Source: Pelagomonas calceolata
Lineage: Eukaryota
Direction of reading: 5' to 3'
Assembly: GCA_918797485.1 (NCBI GenBank)
Contig: CAKKNE010000002.1
Coordinates: 3,534,001-3,598,000, forward strand
DNA length: 64,000 nt
Part shown: one piece after another, positions 35,601 to 49,584 of the stretch
Layout: each line of letters starts with the position of its first letter
Numbering within the stretch: the stretch's first letter is position 1
The notes under the pieces: model-generated
What the model was told of the DNA's origin: nothing
The model's database searches: none
What the model saw: only the letters and a program-made list of their open reading frames with translations
Made by a program: the position numbers and the translations under genes

Positions 35601-38067
35601 TGAAGATATTGATGATACGCGTGAGGCTGAGCGCTTCTATGTTGCTGCTGGAGCACCAGAGAAAGCGGTTGAAATGTACACACGGGTCAACCTGTGGGAC
35701 TGCGCTCATAAAGTAGCTTCATCTTACATGGAGCCGCGTGAAGTAAGCCTCCTGTATATTTCCCAGGCGCAACATCTCGAAGCAGAAGGAAATCTTAAAG
35801 ATGCGGAGAAGCTATATTTGACAATTGACGAACCAGACCTTGCAATTAACATGTACAAAAAGCAGCGCAAATACGATGCTATGGTTCAGCTAGTTGAAAA
35901 GCATCGACAGGAGCTTCTAAAGGAAACACATCAATATCTTGCACAACACCTGGAGTCTGAAGGGAATCTACGCGATGCTGAGCATCATTACTGTGAAGCT
36001 AATGAATGGCTGTCTGCAGTGAATATGTATCGAACAAATGATATCTGGGAGGAAGCTATGCGAGTTGCTACAATGCACGGTGGACCGAATGCCTCGAAGC
36101 GAGTTGCTTATGCTTGGGCGCTATCCCTTGGCGGCGATGCTGGAGCCAAACTTCTGACAAAACAGGGTCTGATTGAACCAGCAATCGACTATGCTGTAGA
36201 GTCGGGAGCTTTTGACCACGCGTTTGAACTAGCTCGCTCAGCTTGTCCTGAAAAGCTATCTGATGTACATCTTAAGCACGCACTTTATCTTGAAGACGAA
36301 GAACGTTACAAAGAAGCAGAGTTAGAATTCATTCAGGCAAGAAAGCCAAGAGAAGCAGTCGATATGTACATTCATCAGCAGGCATGGTCTGATGCGCTGG
36401 CAGTGGCAAATACATATGACCCAACAGCAGCTTCGGACATATACATTTCACAAGCGCGCGTAAAGGTCGATGCTGGCAAATATCAGCATGCGGAAGAGTT
36501 ATTCCTGTTAGCTGCCAAGCCAGAGTTGGCGCTCTCAATGTATAAAGATGCGGGCATGTGGGTGGAAGCACTGGCTCTCGCTGAGCGTCACCTACCACAT
36601 ATGCTCTCCAACGTTTCACTGGCATACTCACAAGCTGAAGCCCGACGTGGAACTGGCGGCTCGAAGATAAATTTTATCAGCACTGGTCAGCAACTGGAAC
36701 AAAAAGGGCAGTGGGATAGTGCCGTAGACGCTTATTTAAATGCTCGGCAAGAACTCATCAAAGACCCAGGCGACTTGGAAGAAATATGGTACTGTGCTGT
36801 TGCGGTTGCACGGCAACACATGCCGACAAATAGATGCCATGATATAGTGGCCGACGTCTCTCGCAAATTAAGGGAAATAGGACGCCACGAAACAGCGGCT
36901 GAGCTCCTACGAGAGTCTAACGATCTACGCGGGGCGATTGAATGTGCCATTGAAGGCCGTTGCTGGGCGAAAGCTCGGGAATTGGCGATAGGTTCTAGTG
37001 AGTTTGAGGCTGAGGTTGATCTCGCCTATCAAGCTGCCCTCCGTTCTGCTGAAGACACAGATGGGCTTTTTGAACTTGGGCACAGAGCAGCTGCAATGGA
37101 TATTTTGGTTGAACGCAGGGAGTGGGACAAGCTTTGGCAAAAGATAGACTACGAGGGTTTTAACTTTTCTGTGCGTGCTAAATACGCTGGATTACAGGCT
37201 GCCCAGATTACTTCGGATGGGACAAATTTAATAATGGCTGTTCATACGTTAAACCAACATGGTGCCCCCCCCCCCGGTTCAAACATGAAGATGTATCGTG
37301 CATTGGTCGTGGCTGTGCTTGGTCAAGATCACTCACAAGTTCACTTGGATCAAAAGCACCACAAAACTTTGGTGTCCGAACTGCGCAATGTGCTCTTTGA
37401 CCTAGGACGTTCAAATAAGGAAACTCAACATGATGCTCTCGGCGTCCATACTTCTGATGGTTTTGAGCAGCTTCTGATGGCGACTCACTACTACAATTTA
37501 TATCTCACATGCATGCAACATGGTCTGAAAGGCATCGCACTAAAAATTTCTGTGACATTGATCCGATATGCGGGCATCATCCCCATCGACAAAGTATTCT
37601 ATTTGGCTGGCACAATAGCGCGCGACCAAGGGCACGATAATTTGGCTTTTTTGCTTCTAAATCGATACATTGATCTTACTGAGGCAATTGACGAAGAAAG
37701 TATTGGCAACATTGACAATGCTGACTTTGCAGATGCGACAAATATTCCGTTTCCTTTTGATTTGCCTTCAAAGCAGTATTTAGTAGAGGAGGAGGACCGT
37801 GAAGAAATTAGGGATTGGGTCTTGTCAACATGTATGGATAAATCCATCGATCAGCAGCTCCCCGGAAGCAAGTTGTCACTTGGTACAGTTTACGCCGGGC
37901 TTTATGCCTCTGATCTTCCTACCTGTATTGTCACTGGGAGTCCTGTGCAAAAGTGGGAGCTTCTTCAAGTGAATAACTCAATTGCCAACAAGGTGGACTG
38001 GAACCAATTTGTTCGAAAGGTAAAGCTATGTCCATGGACTCAAGTGGAACAAAACCCCATTTATTAG
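32601..38067 (+). CDS. IFT172: Intraflagellar transport protein IFT172, 4 exons
   Basis: MQLRHL start, [50 protein letters not shown]40 then TPR-like repeats, REEIRDWVL. Introns 33002-33070 (GC-AG), 33240-33294 (GT-AG) and 33336-33383 (GC-AG). Confidence 0.97.
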
Positions 38068-39649
38068 AAAACACCCTTCAGAATCGTTATATTTCTCTGC
38101 TACTTCGTTGCTGAGCCCCATCAAAAATTCACTTAGTGCAAAAATCATCGTCTGGTCCGCTATGACAGAAACCTATATTCAGCTGCGCTCAATAAATTAT
38201 GATTCTGGCAACAGTGTTTGGCGCCGCGCAGCGCATCGAGGTAGTTGCACTCTCCCATCTTGCTGCATATAATGGTAACTGACCTGGGGTGATTTGCTCT
38301 CGTGATGCTCGATGAAGATTCATGCACAGTTTAAAACGCACCGTAGCCGACTGACTACTGTTAGATAAGATACAATTACCATGTGACCCTCGGCTGAGAA
38401 CCCCTGGTGTAACCCGGGGGGGGTTCAAGCACTCCGGATCTCAACTTGATCGGAAGCACGAAGGGCGCAACCCCATTTTTAGAGGTTGCTCGTTTCGCCC
38501 TCGAAGTCCCCTTGGTGCACGTGGCTTCGGTAGGACCCACATTCCCCTCTATGACGTGACCGAAACGGGTAAGCGAAACGATTAGGTTTGGAAATTTTAG
38601 TGGCCTGCGAAGGCCGCGCCAGTTTTCGTGCCGCGTCCGAGTCAGGCGACCTATGTGGCAGCCCATCGGGTACCCGGCCCATGGCTGCCGGTACCTATAT
38701 GGCCTACGCATCCACCCCACGCCATAGGTACCAGAGGGCCCCTGGGAGACCAAATTACCAGCATAGAAGCGAGTTTTGATTTCAGCCCAAGATCTAGCCC
38801 AAGGCCCCTGAAATACCCGCACGTTAGGCCCCAGGGGCAACTTCGCGACCGCGTCTCGCCGCGAAAGTGACCCCCTCCCCCCAGCCCGGTCTCGGCGCGT
38901 ACAAAGGGACTCTTTTGGGCCCCGCAGCCAAATCGCCCCCGACCAAGAGGCTAGGAACTCGAATCTCAGATTAGGGGGGCCCCCCCGTCACGTCCCCCGT
39001 CTACTAAGTGAGGCGCTACACTTGGCGCTACACTGCGGCTACAGCCCAATAGCCCCTTGACACTGGATTCGGCCTATTCTGATCACAAATCCCTTTTTTT
39101 TATCACCAGCTGGGCAGCCAGATGATGTGGATCTTTACGTCATCTTTCGTGGTGGCTCATGGTGCCCTTATTGTATTGTTGTGGCCGTCGCTAATGCCCG
39201 CAATATGACCCGCGAGGCCGCGAACATCATCATCAACGCAGCGCGGGGCCGCTGCACGAGTTGTGACCTGAATGAAGCTTTGACGACCACTCTATTGGGG
39301 ACTCGGCGTCAGAAGAAAGTGAATCCGAGGACGATTAGATTGCCATATGCGCTAGTCTAAGGCTTAGGTATGAAAGAAAACCCGCATGGTAGCCGGCGCG
39401 CACTGGTGGACCTCCGAGCCTGCAGGCACCAAGTTTAATTATCATCATCAATAGCAGTAAGTCTAGCTTCAATTGTCCCTAACGTCACCCTCAGGTCGAA
39501 GTAAGGTGGTCATAGCCTGCGGTGCCATGGAACCCCCTGCTGGGTTCTTCCGGACGCTTTTGGACGTCCAGTTTGGCGAGCAAGCAGGTCGAGCGGGAAG
39601 GGGCGGTTAAGAAGAACACAGAGGCAGCGCCCGAGTTTCAAGGTCACGG

Positions 39650-42600
39650 TCACTTTGTTTTGTCCGTGGATGTCATTAAAGCCCATTCACTGGTTGTGAT
39701 GTGTGCGTAGACAGGGGCCTTACCACGCCGGTAGAGTGCCAAGCCCTTCCTTCCGGAAGCCAAGCGAAGGGCTCGTGTGGTCTGTGTAGGAAAACCTGAA
39801 TACTTCGTTTCCCATTCTTCATGGTGTCTAACACCGCCCGGCATTTCCGTTTTCAGAAGTCGTGCGGTTGATTGTCTATTTGGTAGGAACATGGTTATCA
39901 CAGCAACGAAACATCGGCGACTTGTAAAACTGACTATGCTACCCTGGCGCTTTAAAACTACCGAAGCATGGCGAAGTAGCCAGTCAGCTAGATCGGCATC
40001 GCTGTTGAGATAAAGCAACCATGCAGCCCGTTGAACGCAACGGTCTCCCCGCAGCGGCATGGCTGCACATATCATGTGTCTGGTGACCATAAGTGTGCCA
40101 CAACTAGATGAAGTTGTTGAATAAACATCAAGAATGAGCTTCCTGCCCGGTTTGTTTTCAAACGGCGTTAGATTTAGATCTATCTTTTCATCAGCTTGGT
40201 CTGTTGTTAGTATATTTGTGTGTACTTTCCGGGGTTTTCTTTGATTTGGCACATACTGTAGTATACGAAGCAAGCAAAGTTCCCCAGAAAGGCTCAGTGC
40301 AGCTCGTCCGTGTTCCAAGTTGAACTTGAGATCCGCGGTTTTTCTGTCAATTCGGTAGTCGAGACGAAGGCGGCCAAGCAACCAGGTAAAGAAAGAGCTG
40401 TTTCCACAAAACTTTAGGTCACTAACCGATCTGAAGGTAGCTCCAGCTGGCGTGCCTAGAGCATCAAATTCCCTATGATGACAAAGCAGAGCAGCCGCTA
40501 AGAACCTTGGAATAGCAATTCTGGAAAACACCAGAGTTTCTTGCTTCGCAGGGGCGCTGGCTGCATGTCCTTCTTCAATTGCATGTCCTTCTTCAAGAGG
40601 CGTATGTCTCCTTGGGTCAAGCTCTGTCTCTATGTCCAATTCATTCTGGTATGCACACACGCGCCGGTACTCCGGCCTCGAATATCTCTGTTCAGCCGAT
40701 AGAATTATCTTGCGCCGCGTGGATGAGGCCGTTGACGTACCGTGCTCATCGGCTATCCTGAGTTGACTAGTTGTTGAATCGACGACTTTTAATCGTCCAT
40801 CTGGAGTCACTTCCGAAGCTAAGAGCATGTCAATTTGCTGGCTGACCTTAGTTCCCCATTGCGAGTTGTTTGAACTCCCAACTACCTCCAATAGGGTTGG
40901 CACGGTGTGCTTCATTTTGACCTTAAGCGACAATTCCGATAAAAAATATTTCCAATGGGGAATTTGGAGGAAATAAGGGGCAGGCGGATATTAATATTGA
41001 CACAGCCGCGACTCCTCTACAGAGAACTTAAATAGGGACGAAATGGTTTTCTGCTTGTGGATCCTCTGAAGCAAGAACAAGAGCACGAGCAAGTGTACAG
41101 TATGGAACCGCACATGTGGCAAAAGGTAGCGCACACTGACATGCATGCGTTAGCACGAGTCCACGCCACAAGTTCCAAAGTTGTAAATTGCCTCCTGAAA
41201 CATCCTCTTTTGCTCTCGTGCCGTCGCTCGATGATGATCCTGCCAGTACACGTAAAATTGGTCATTGTAAACTAAATCAGGCGCGGATGCGTCAATTACG
41301 TATCATTGATGTCACAGCGTCGAAGACATCCCCATGTGCTCTCTGCAGTGAAGCCTCTGCATGTACTTGGAGAGTACTTAGGCATGTTATCGTGTGAGGG
41401 TGATGACATCTCACCAACCCGCCAGACCCTTTAGTCACTCGACTTGCTCGCTCCATCCATGGTAACAAAGCCAACAAACGTCGCTCCGCCACATCACGCC
41501 ACTGATTTTTTGCTATGTTAACTTGGTCGAGGCGTGTGGCTTTAATATGATTTTGGGCCCTACAATTTGCCTTACGTGCTGCCGTTGCGTCGGCGTCTTG
41601 CGATGCCAGAGTATGTGCGATCATCAGGCCACTAGTCTTATTTGTCTCGTTTGGATCTGTTGCTACGTTTTGAATTGGACTCATCCAGAGCGCCGTCCCG
41701 TAGACGGTTTGCACTAATCCTCCGGCTGAATGTTCTCGTAGTATTGCTGTCGCGCGTACATTTACACAGGTGCATTTTAAAGAAAACTTCGAGCAAGAGG
41801 CAATGTCAGCAAAACAGATAACAACTTTCTCGGGCCACAGGACGCTATCGCCTCTGGCCTCTTTGAGAACAACCTTACGCAATGGCGTTCCAATTGGGGC
41901 CTGAATCAGCTTTCTTATTACATCATCCTTTCTTTTTGAGAGGTGAAGAAGCCGTGGCAAGAGCGGAGTATCTGAATCGGCACTAAAATGAAGAGTGACG
42001 AAGTTTGCACGTGTCAGTTCCATGCCTTCTGCGTTTTTCACTTGGCAGAAAGAGCGAGTTCCAGCTACAGGTGCAATTGCAGCAATGATTCCGCGTCTTT
42101 GGAGTCCAAATGCGACACTGAGGCGATTTTGCATTTTCTTGGCTGCAATAGGAACTTCACTTTTGGTCCATGTGATGCAGCATGTGACATGTCTGGCGGC
42201 GTCATTCACTGCCAACGATGCTGCAACGGAAGCCAGGCTACTTAAAGTCGACGTACTTGCAGTTTGTACCGCACGTGCCAAGATTGCAGGCAGCCACCAC
42301 CTTGAAGGTTCCCAGGTTGTTTCAGGCGGGAGTAGTGCAGAATCACAACGAAGCATCTGAATGATTGTTTTTGAGACAGGCAGATAGTCAAGTGCGGATA
42401 CTCTAGTAGTCAATTGGCTACTCGAACACGGATTGTAAGCTAGAAATTGCAGTGTTGTTTCCTGGAGCAGGACAGAAACAATCCATGGTCCGCGAGCTTG
42501 TTTTTTTATTGCACCGCCCCAGGCATTCTTGGACGTAGTTATGACCTTACACAACAGGCACACTATGAACTAAAACGTGAGAAATAATGATACTCTGTCT

Positions 42601-45600
42601 GTCCCCAAACGGGATCCTTGGCCTACAGGAATGGAGACTACGCAGCGCGCAATGAGTATCGAGTGAGAAATTTGATACCAGTAGGAGCAGGACCTCTTTG
42701 GTGACATGACTTTTACACTGAGTGCTGTTTGCAATCTCGTCCGATCTGTATCATTATTATTCCATGCAATGTCGCGCCATGTATCAGATGGTAGCGTCAA
42801 GTGACATCTGCTGCTTTCTCCAAGCACAATGCATAGGCGTGGTAGTGCAACCGTGACTGCTACTCTCGCCAACCACCTCATGTGCTTGATATGCCGAATT
42901 TGCAAACCATGCCAGCGCCTAAGTCCAATGATTTTGCTCACAATGAACGCACTTTTTTTACTGAATCTACCGACTGTGCTCTTGGTTATGTTAATTCTAG
43001 CCTGCGCCAGTTTATTTGCGAGACACGTCCTGGCTTGATCGCGAGCACAGGCACCCCTCGCATTCAGGGAGGATTTGTTTTCTGTGACCATTTGCTGATT
43101 TTCAGCTCCAACTATGCGAGAGACTACTTCCTTAAATTGTGCGCGTACTACTCTGATGGCAAAGTCTCCATGATCGTCAAGACTTATCTGTACAGTGTGG
43201 GTCTCAAACGGCACAGGCGCAAGTTGAGGCAACACTGGTTTCCGTAGCCACGGGGATGAGTGTTCAATATGAGCGTGACTATTGTCGCAGGGTAACGGGG
43301 TCAAGGCGAGTGATTTATAGGATTCTATCGAACTGGTCTTAGCATCGATTGCTATGAGAGTTTCATGTGCATCGCGGATCATCCTCGACGTGGTTGTTGG
43401 ATGCATTATAGAATCCTCTCTATTTATCCACCTCTCGAATCTTGCTAGCGCCTTGTTTGCCAACCAAGCGCTGCGCTTGCGTCGTGAGCGGCAGAATCCA
43501 GGAGGTCTTCTATGGGCTGAGTCTTCATCTGTGATTTCAATCCGTAATTTGATAAATTCCCATAAGTCCGCGTGGTGATTTGAGCTTGGGAAACTGAGTC
43601 CAGAAGTGATGTTGTTAATTGTGCTCTGTACAATGTGTGGAGCACCGTGCTTGCTCAGATTGAGCTTCTCCTGGCCACTGATCAAGTGCCGTAGCAGTAC
43701 AATGAGCATGTGGCCCGGTATGTCAAGAAACAGTGTCTGCGAGTCTGCCAGAGCGTTTGGACTGGGAATCAGTGCAATTCGCCAATTGCCCGCACCGTCC
43801 GCAAACAGTGCAATGTGAGCAGGACAAGCGGAGACTTTTATTTCCTCTGTGAATGCAGGTCCACGAAACTTTGTCATTGTCACCTCATGAAAAATCATTC
43901 GGGGTCTTTCATGAGCCAACGGTGCACGCCACCACCACCTACGTGTGGGTCTGACGAAGTGCAAAGAATCTAGGATATCAATAGAATCTCTATCTTCTCC
44001 TGGTAACACGAGATCCAGACGCCCAGCTAGGGTGTGAATGAGCTTTGAGGGGTAAGTACAAACAGTGACCGCATAGAGCAGCTGTGCAAGCAGAATGAAC
44101 TCTGCTTCCGCCACGAGGCCTCGTACAATTGCCGGAAGTGTAACATTTAGGGAATAATGGCACGCTGCCACAGAGTCATAGCTCTCAAAGCGCAAATCGC
44201 CCCATGCATCGTAGACAATAATATTCAAACTGCGATTTGCTACACGACAAGTCCCTCGAAAGACCTGAGAAGTACTTCTTACAGCTAAATTCAGAATCAA
44301 ACACGGGATCAAGAACAAGCACACCACGTTGGAAGGAGCGTTTTGCAACCAAGGCATCTAACCACCAACGTCCACAAGGTTGTGCAAACTCAACGATACG
44401 AGCCCATTCCTTTCCCTCCAAAACGACGCGAAAATCGTCGCTCGAGTCTTCAACGTTTCCTAAACTGCCACCATGATATAGTTGTCGCAAAAGTAAATCA
44501 CGTCGGCGTGCATACCAAACTTTCCCCACGCAGGGCAGACCTGTGAATGCATCAAAATGCAGCTGGGAACAGAGTATACTCGAAACTTGTTGGGCAGTTT
44601 TAAGTCTCGCTATTGCATTTTTTGTGAGCGTGCTATTCTTAAACGCAGTAGAGGGCGTTACCTCGCCAAATTCGCAATATAGTCTCATCAGACTAGGCAT
44701 CTCTGTTCCGATGATGCTTTGAAGCTCTGAAGGTCTAATCAAAACCTCGAAACGCTGAAGAGAGCGAGAGGGACTTTCGCCAACAAGCAGAAGAGTGCTT
44801 GAGTTTGGGTCTTGTGTCAGCACGATGATAAATCGGTTAGCAGTAGATTGCGCAGTGCTGATGTGGCCAGCTGCGAATAAATTGGACGATATGTTCGAAG
44901 AGACTGGCCCTGGGTGAGGCATCCTCACAAGTTTTACACATCGATCTACAGTATTCCAAATGCATTCCGGTTTTCGCCACCTTAGGTTCCAGCGGGCACG
45001 CCAGAGGCCTACAGCGGCAACTCCTCGGAGCGTCAAGCGACTAAGTAGTAATTTCACGGTAAAGGTGTTTCGCATACTCGCACACACAGCTGCAGCGTGC
45101 ATCTCCTCGCAAAGCAATGCAGCACGCTCATGAACCTCCCTGGCACGCTCCATCTGAGTTTTTTGCACAGTTTCTTCAACCAAATGTAATGCAATTTCTG
45201 CACGAGATGCGCACATGATTAGTCGTTTGGTGGCTTGGTCTCTTTGCAATATCTCTTCTTGCACTCTAGTGACTCTTTTTATGCGCAAGGCCTTCCATTC
45301 AGAGCCATTTTCAAATAGATCCTGGGATTGGCGCCAATCACTCGACACAGCATCAATTGCATCGAATGCTATGGTTTCGGTAGAAGACCAGGCTAAAGCA
45401 TTTCTAGAGTCCGCAATAGCTTCCAAATACAACATCTTGTTCAAAAACCTACCCGCATGCGATAATATGTGCACAAACTAGTCAAGACACCGCCTGCTTG
45501 GGGTGGAGCTCAATAGGTACCGCCGCATTACCACCTCCTCGTGGGCCATTGCGAACTTCTCAAATCGCAGTCTTGCTACTTTGTGACGATCAGCAGCTGC

Positions 45601-48600
45601 AGTAGCATCAATCACTGATTTGATCCACGAATGTTTATGTATACGTTCGTGCGCTGCTGCAGTATGTAGTTTCTCTCTAAAGCAGGACATGTCATTATTC
45701 ACAAGGCCCTGATGAGGAAAAAATGAGTTGCTGGTTTCATCAAGCATGATTTGTGTACACATCTTGGATTTGAGATTCGCGGTTGCACTGGAAGGGGGTA
45801 TGAGTCTCCCTGCCTGTGCACGATTGAACTGTGCCAAGAGGTCCGATCTATCTACCTCCTTGGCATTAGTCTCCTGGTTTCGGGGGTTGAAACTCGTTAT
45901 GAGCAATCTGTCCTGAGGAAATGTCCACAGTCGGCATTGCCTGACCTGCTCCACCGAATCATGACCGGCCCCTTTGCCTGAAGAACCATGCCCAAAGATC
46001 GGCACAGCGCATTTAATGAATGGATGATGATGATACCATGTGTGCCTAGGCTGCGTTCGGATGCGCTGAGGCTTTAGATTGTAGACTAGAAGAAAGTAGT
46101 GACATCCATTCAAAATTCTAATTGAAATATGTGCCGGTTTTATGAGTTTACGTGCCAGACACGGCGTTGCAGTTTCCAGCAGGACTTTAACAAAAGTTTT
46201 GGCAACTCCTAGATACATTTCACGCTGTTGACATTGTTTTGTGAGGGATAAGTTGATTTCTAATTTGCGTTTCTCAAATAGATATCGACTATGGATGCCT
46301 CTTGCATAACGTTGCAGGACTTTGGTGCAGTCTTCTGCGCTACCGTGGCATTCCAGGAGCATTCTAGCCCGATCTGCATCGAGAGTAATCCTGCCAGCCC
46401 CTCGCGTTGTGGACACTTGATTTAGTAATGTAGTCAAACTGTTCGGTTGGATTCGCAATAGGCCACGTGATGCTTGTTTACGCAAATTTGTAGCTATGAG
46501 CTCGCGCTCGCCTTTGCGACGCTCATTATCTTCACTCAGGCGCCTTCGCATCCAGTATGTGCGGGTTGCTTGCCCCATCATCCCTACTCCTTTCCATTTG
46601 CCCCAGTCGACACGACAGAACAAACCATTGAGGAGTGCCTTTACTGGACTTCGTGCCTGCGGCATGATCAACTTAGCCTGCAATTGTTGATATTGTGCCC
46701 ATATTTGCCGATCTGAGTGATGACTCTCCATATGTGATTTACCATCCACAAGCCTGGTTGGTAACTCATGACTCTCGTTGATGACTTTGCTAGCTCGCAG
46801 TATGCGCACCCCATCTAGCACATGCGAAGACGACCTTTGCATATCGTTGCCCTACAATTGAGCAATTTACAGGAAAGGATTAATACGACCAAAAACACGG
46901 TGTTGGAGCCTCAAAGGTACATCCTAGCTTTGTTGCACCTTTCCAGGAAATCAGAGCACCTCCAATGTGACGAGTGACAAACCCGGATGGATGCCCAAAC
47001 ATGTTTTCTGCTTCACAAATGGCAACTTTTCTATTTTGAACAATCGACAGTCCACGAGAATTTAGATGCATCATCCGCTTAAACTCAGCTGTGAGCACCA
47101 ACGGATTGTTTTTAAATGAGAAGTTTGAGCCTAGATAAAAGCAAAGGGGAGCAAACTCATCTAGCCAATCGAGATCTTTATTCATCTTGACGAGGTAATT
47201 GCGTCCTTCATAAAAGTAGGCACGTGAAAGATCTCTTTTTGGCACACATGTGCAGACAATAGCTTCCAGCTGATCCAATGGCTTGGAGCCTCTACTCTCA
47301 ATGACATGGACATGAACATCATTGCAGCAGACCCTTTCTGCAAATGCTGGAAGCTCATTGATCAACATGCGTTGTTCTATAGCAACCCTTGGCCTTGCAG
47401 CTTCGTGAGCTTGAATGGCAGCCTCGCGGCGATCATATATACCAAGAAATTTAGTAATTCGTGCGCGCTTTGGCGGTAGTGCGTCTCTCTGATATCTTCT
47501 AAACTTTGAATGGACAGCTGGAACCTCGCCCCACAGCCGATGCCCCTCAGATTCGATTGTAGCTATCCATCTGCCTTTCTGATGTACACCGAGAGCGTCG
47601 CAGTTTCTTAGGCCACAATGCTTACTCCACAAGGCTATACTTTCCGCACATTCAACTCCGGCCACACGTAGCTGGTCAAGAAGGACTAACATGGACGCGA
47701 GCAGACCCCGTGTGCTACCGTGAAATTCCAGATAGGATTTCTTGGTTTCAAATGCAACCGTGTGGAGGTTTTCTAGTAGGGCTTCGCGTCGAAGGATGCA
47801 ACGAAGAACCTTTAGGTCCAAAGTCTGCCTACATTGCCCGCGCCTTTCGACCCACCGGTCTCGTTCTGTCTGGGAAACATAGTAGTGGCGTCGTCTACAC
47901 TTCGTCAAACGCCTAGGACATGTTAGCAGCACCCAGTCTAGACACAAAGGTGGGACATTACCTGCACTCACAAATGCCATATTACGATCGATTTCAGATC
48001 CGAGGGTCGCCAGTTTAGAATATTCACGCAAGCCAATTAGGTTATTTGCAGGGTGTCGACTTTGAGGTTTGACGACTGCTGAAATAGCTCCTGTTGCCTG
48101 GCATGTAATTTTTGATACGCCAGTGGCATTAAGCTCCAAAAGATGCTTTCCTACATCCCCATCGATGCGACTACCCTCTGACTTACTGAACTGATTGCCC
48201 GACCCAACCTGGAATCCTGCTGTCAGCGCACCAAGGCCTCTGGCAAAAATTGAAAACTTGGCGTCCCCTTTAGGCACTGCCATGAATATTGAGATGTTAT
48301 TTTCGTTAGTAAAATAGGGGACTTCGTCCGAATAACCTGCAAACCTGTACTTTCCATTGACAGCACGAGTCCTAGAACCACTTACAGTGTACTCTGTAAG
48401 CGCCGCGTCAGCTTTTGCATTCGACGGCAATGTTACATCCCTCTGGGCAAGACAGAAACCTTGCTTCTTAAGAGCACCACCACCGAGATCTATCCAATGC
48501 TCCTCGTGCAGCGACTTGCCAGTGACAAATGCCCCATGATAGCACACCCCCCCTATGCTTGTCGTGATATCATCTTAAGATCCTTATCTTTCACACACTG

Positions 48601-49397
48601 AGTAGCAGACCCAAGGCGTGGTTTCGTGTTGTGACAACTGGTACCCCAATAATCCAAACTCGATTGAGATTGGTTTTATTCAACTCTTTACTGCTCATTT
48701 CATCTTCCTCTCCATCATGATGCCAAATAAGGTCTTTCATCTCGGACCTGGCATGAATCACCGCACCACAAGTTGACTGTTTGGCCTGACATAACGTATT
48801 GACCAGACTGTACCTATGCATTTGATCAGTAAATACGGCTACAAGTTGCAAAGTACTACCTCTCGGCAACTTCTCTGCGAAGTCCAATCTGTACTTGCAA
48901 AGCTGCCATCTGCCCCTGACGTCTTGGCGATACCACACTATCAACATTAAAGGCTTTTTCAGTGGCCTTGGTTTCTGCACAGGAGGGCATGCTCTGAGCT
49001 AGTGATAAAGCTTCTGTGTATATGCGCCGTTCTCGATCCCATTCGCGCAGCCGTCTCCAAGAATAGTCTTTCAAAATAATTTCAGTGGGATTGTAATACT
49101 CAACCTATGCCAAACATGCTTGAGATTCTAATCGGGATGGGCTCATACGAGCACCTCCGAGGTGGCATCGTTTATTATTGTTTTAACTTCAGAAAGCTTT
49201 TGCTTGTACGCCCTCGACCGGCTTTCTCCGTTTTGCAATTGGCGGGTGTTACTCCTGGATTCCAAATTCCAGGCAATGATAGAGGCTCTTTCCCTGACAC
49301 CTCGGTGCCGATGCAAAAAGCCACTTTCAGCAGTGCTCACTTCCGAGGCCAGATGGCGTCGGTGTGTTCGACGCTGTCCGCACAAATCTCGAAGCAT
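39650..49397 (-). CDS. Very large multi-exon protein of unknown function (roughly 3000 aa; could be more than one gene)
   Basis: Chain of long minus-strand ORFs (49143, 48856, 48591, 46880, 45478, 44185, 42570, 41292, 39650) with intron-sized gaps and no intergenic-type repeats inside. IQ-like VLQRYARG, AP2-like segment and FYEGRNYLVKMNKDLDWL motif. Confidence 0.6.
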
Positions 49398-49584
49398 GTC
49401 ATACCGGCGTATTATTACCGTAGGTACCGTACCGTAGGTAGATACGGTACAAGGATAAGCCACAATAACCGCAGTTAGCCCCACTGGCGCTTCAACTCAT
49501 ACTAACTATACCCCGGTGGGGAGGCCCCGGTGGGAGCATGGCGTCCAACGGACTAAACTTGAATGATCTGGTAGTAGTAGCCTG

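Noticed and set aside
38376..39360. GC-rich spacer as an intact mobile element or gene
   Set aside because: Only short ggcccc-type repeats; no convincing TIR pair, TSD or protein motif.
40562..40596. In-frame 18-bp tandem duplication (EEGHAI/EEGHAA)
   Set aside because: Ordinary local duplication; does not fit either scar rule.
44185..44357. Overlap of two long minus-strand ORFs as programmed frameshifting or a pseudogene
   Set aside because: A short intron explains it equally well given the 46-77 nt introns seen elsewhere; no slippery-site evidence.
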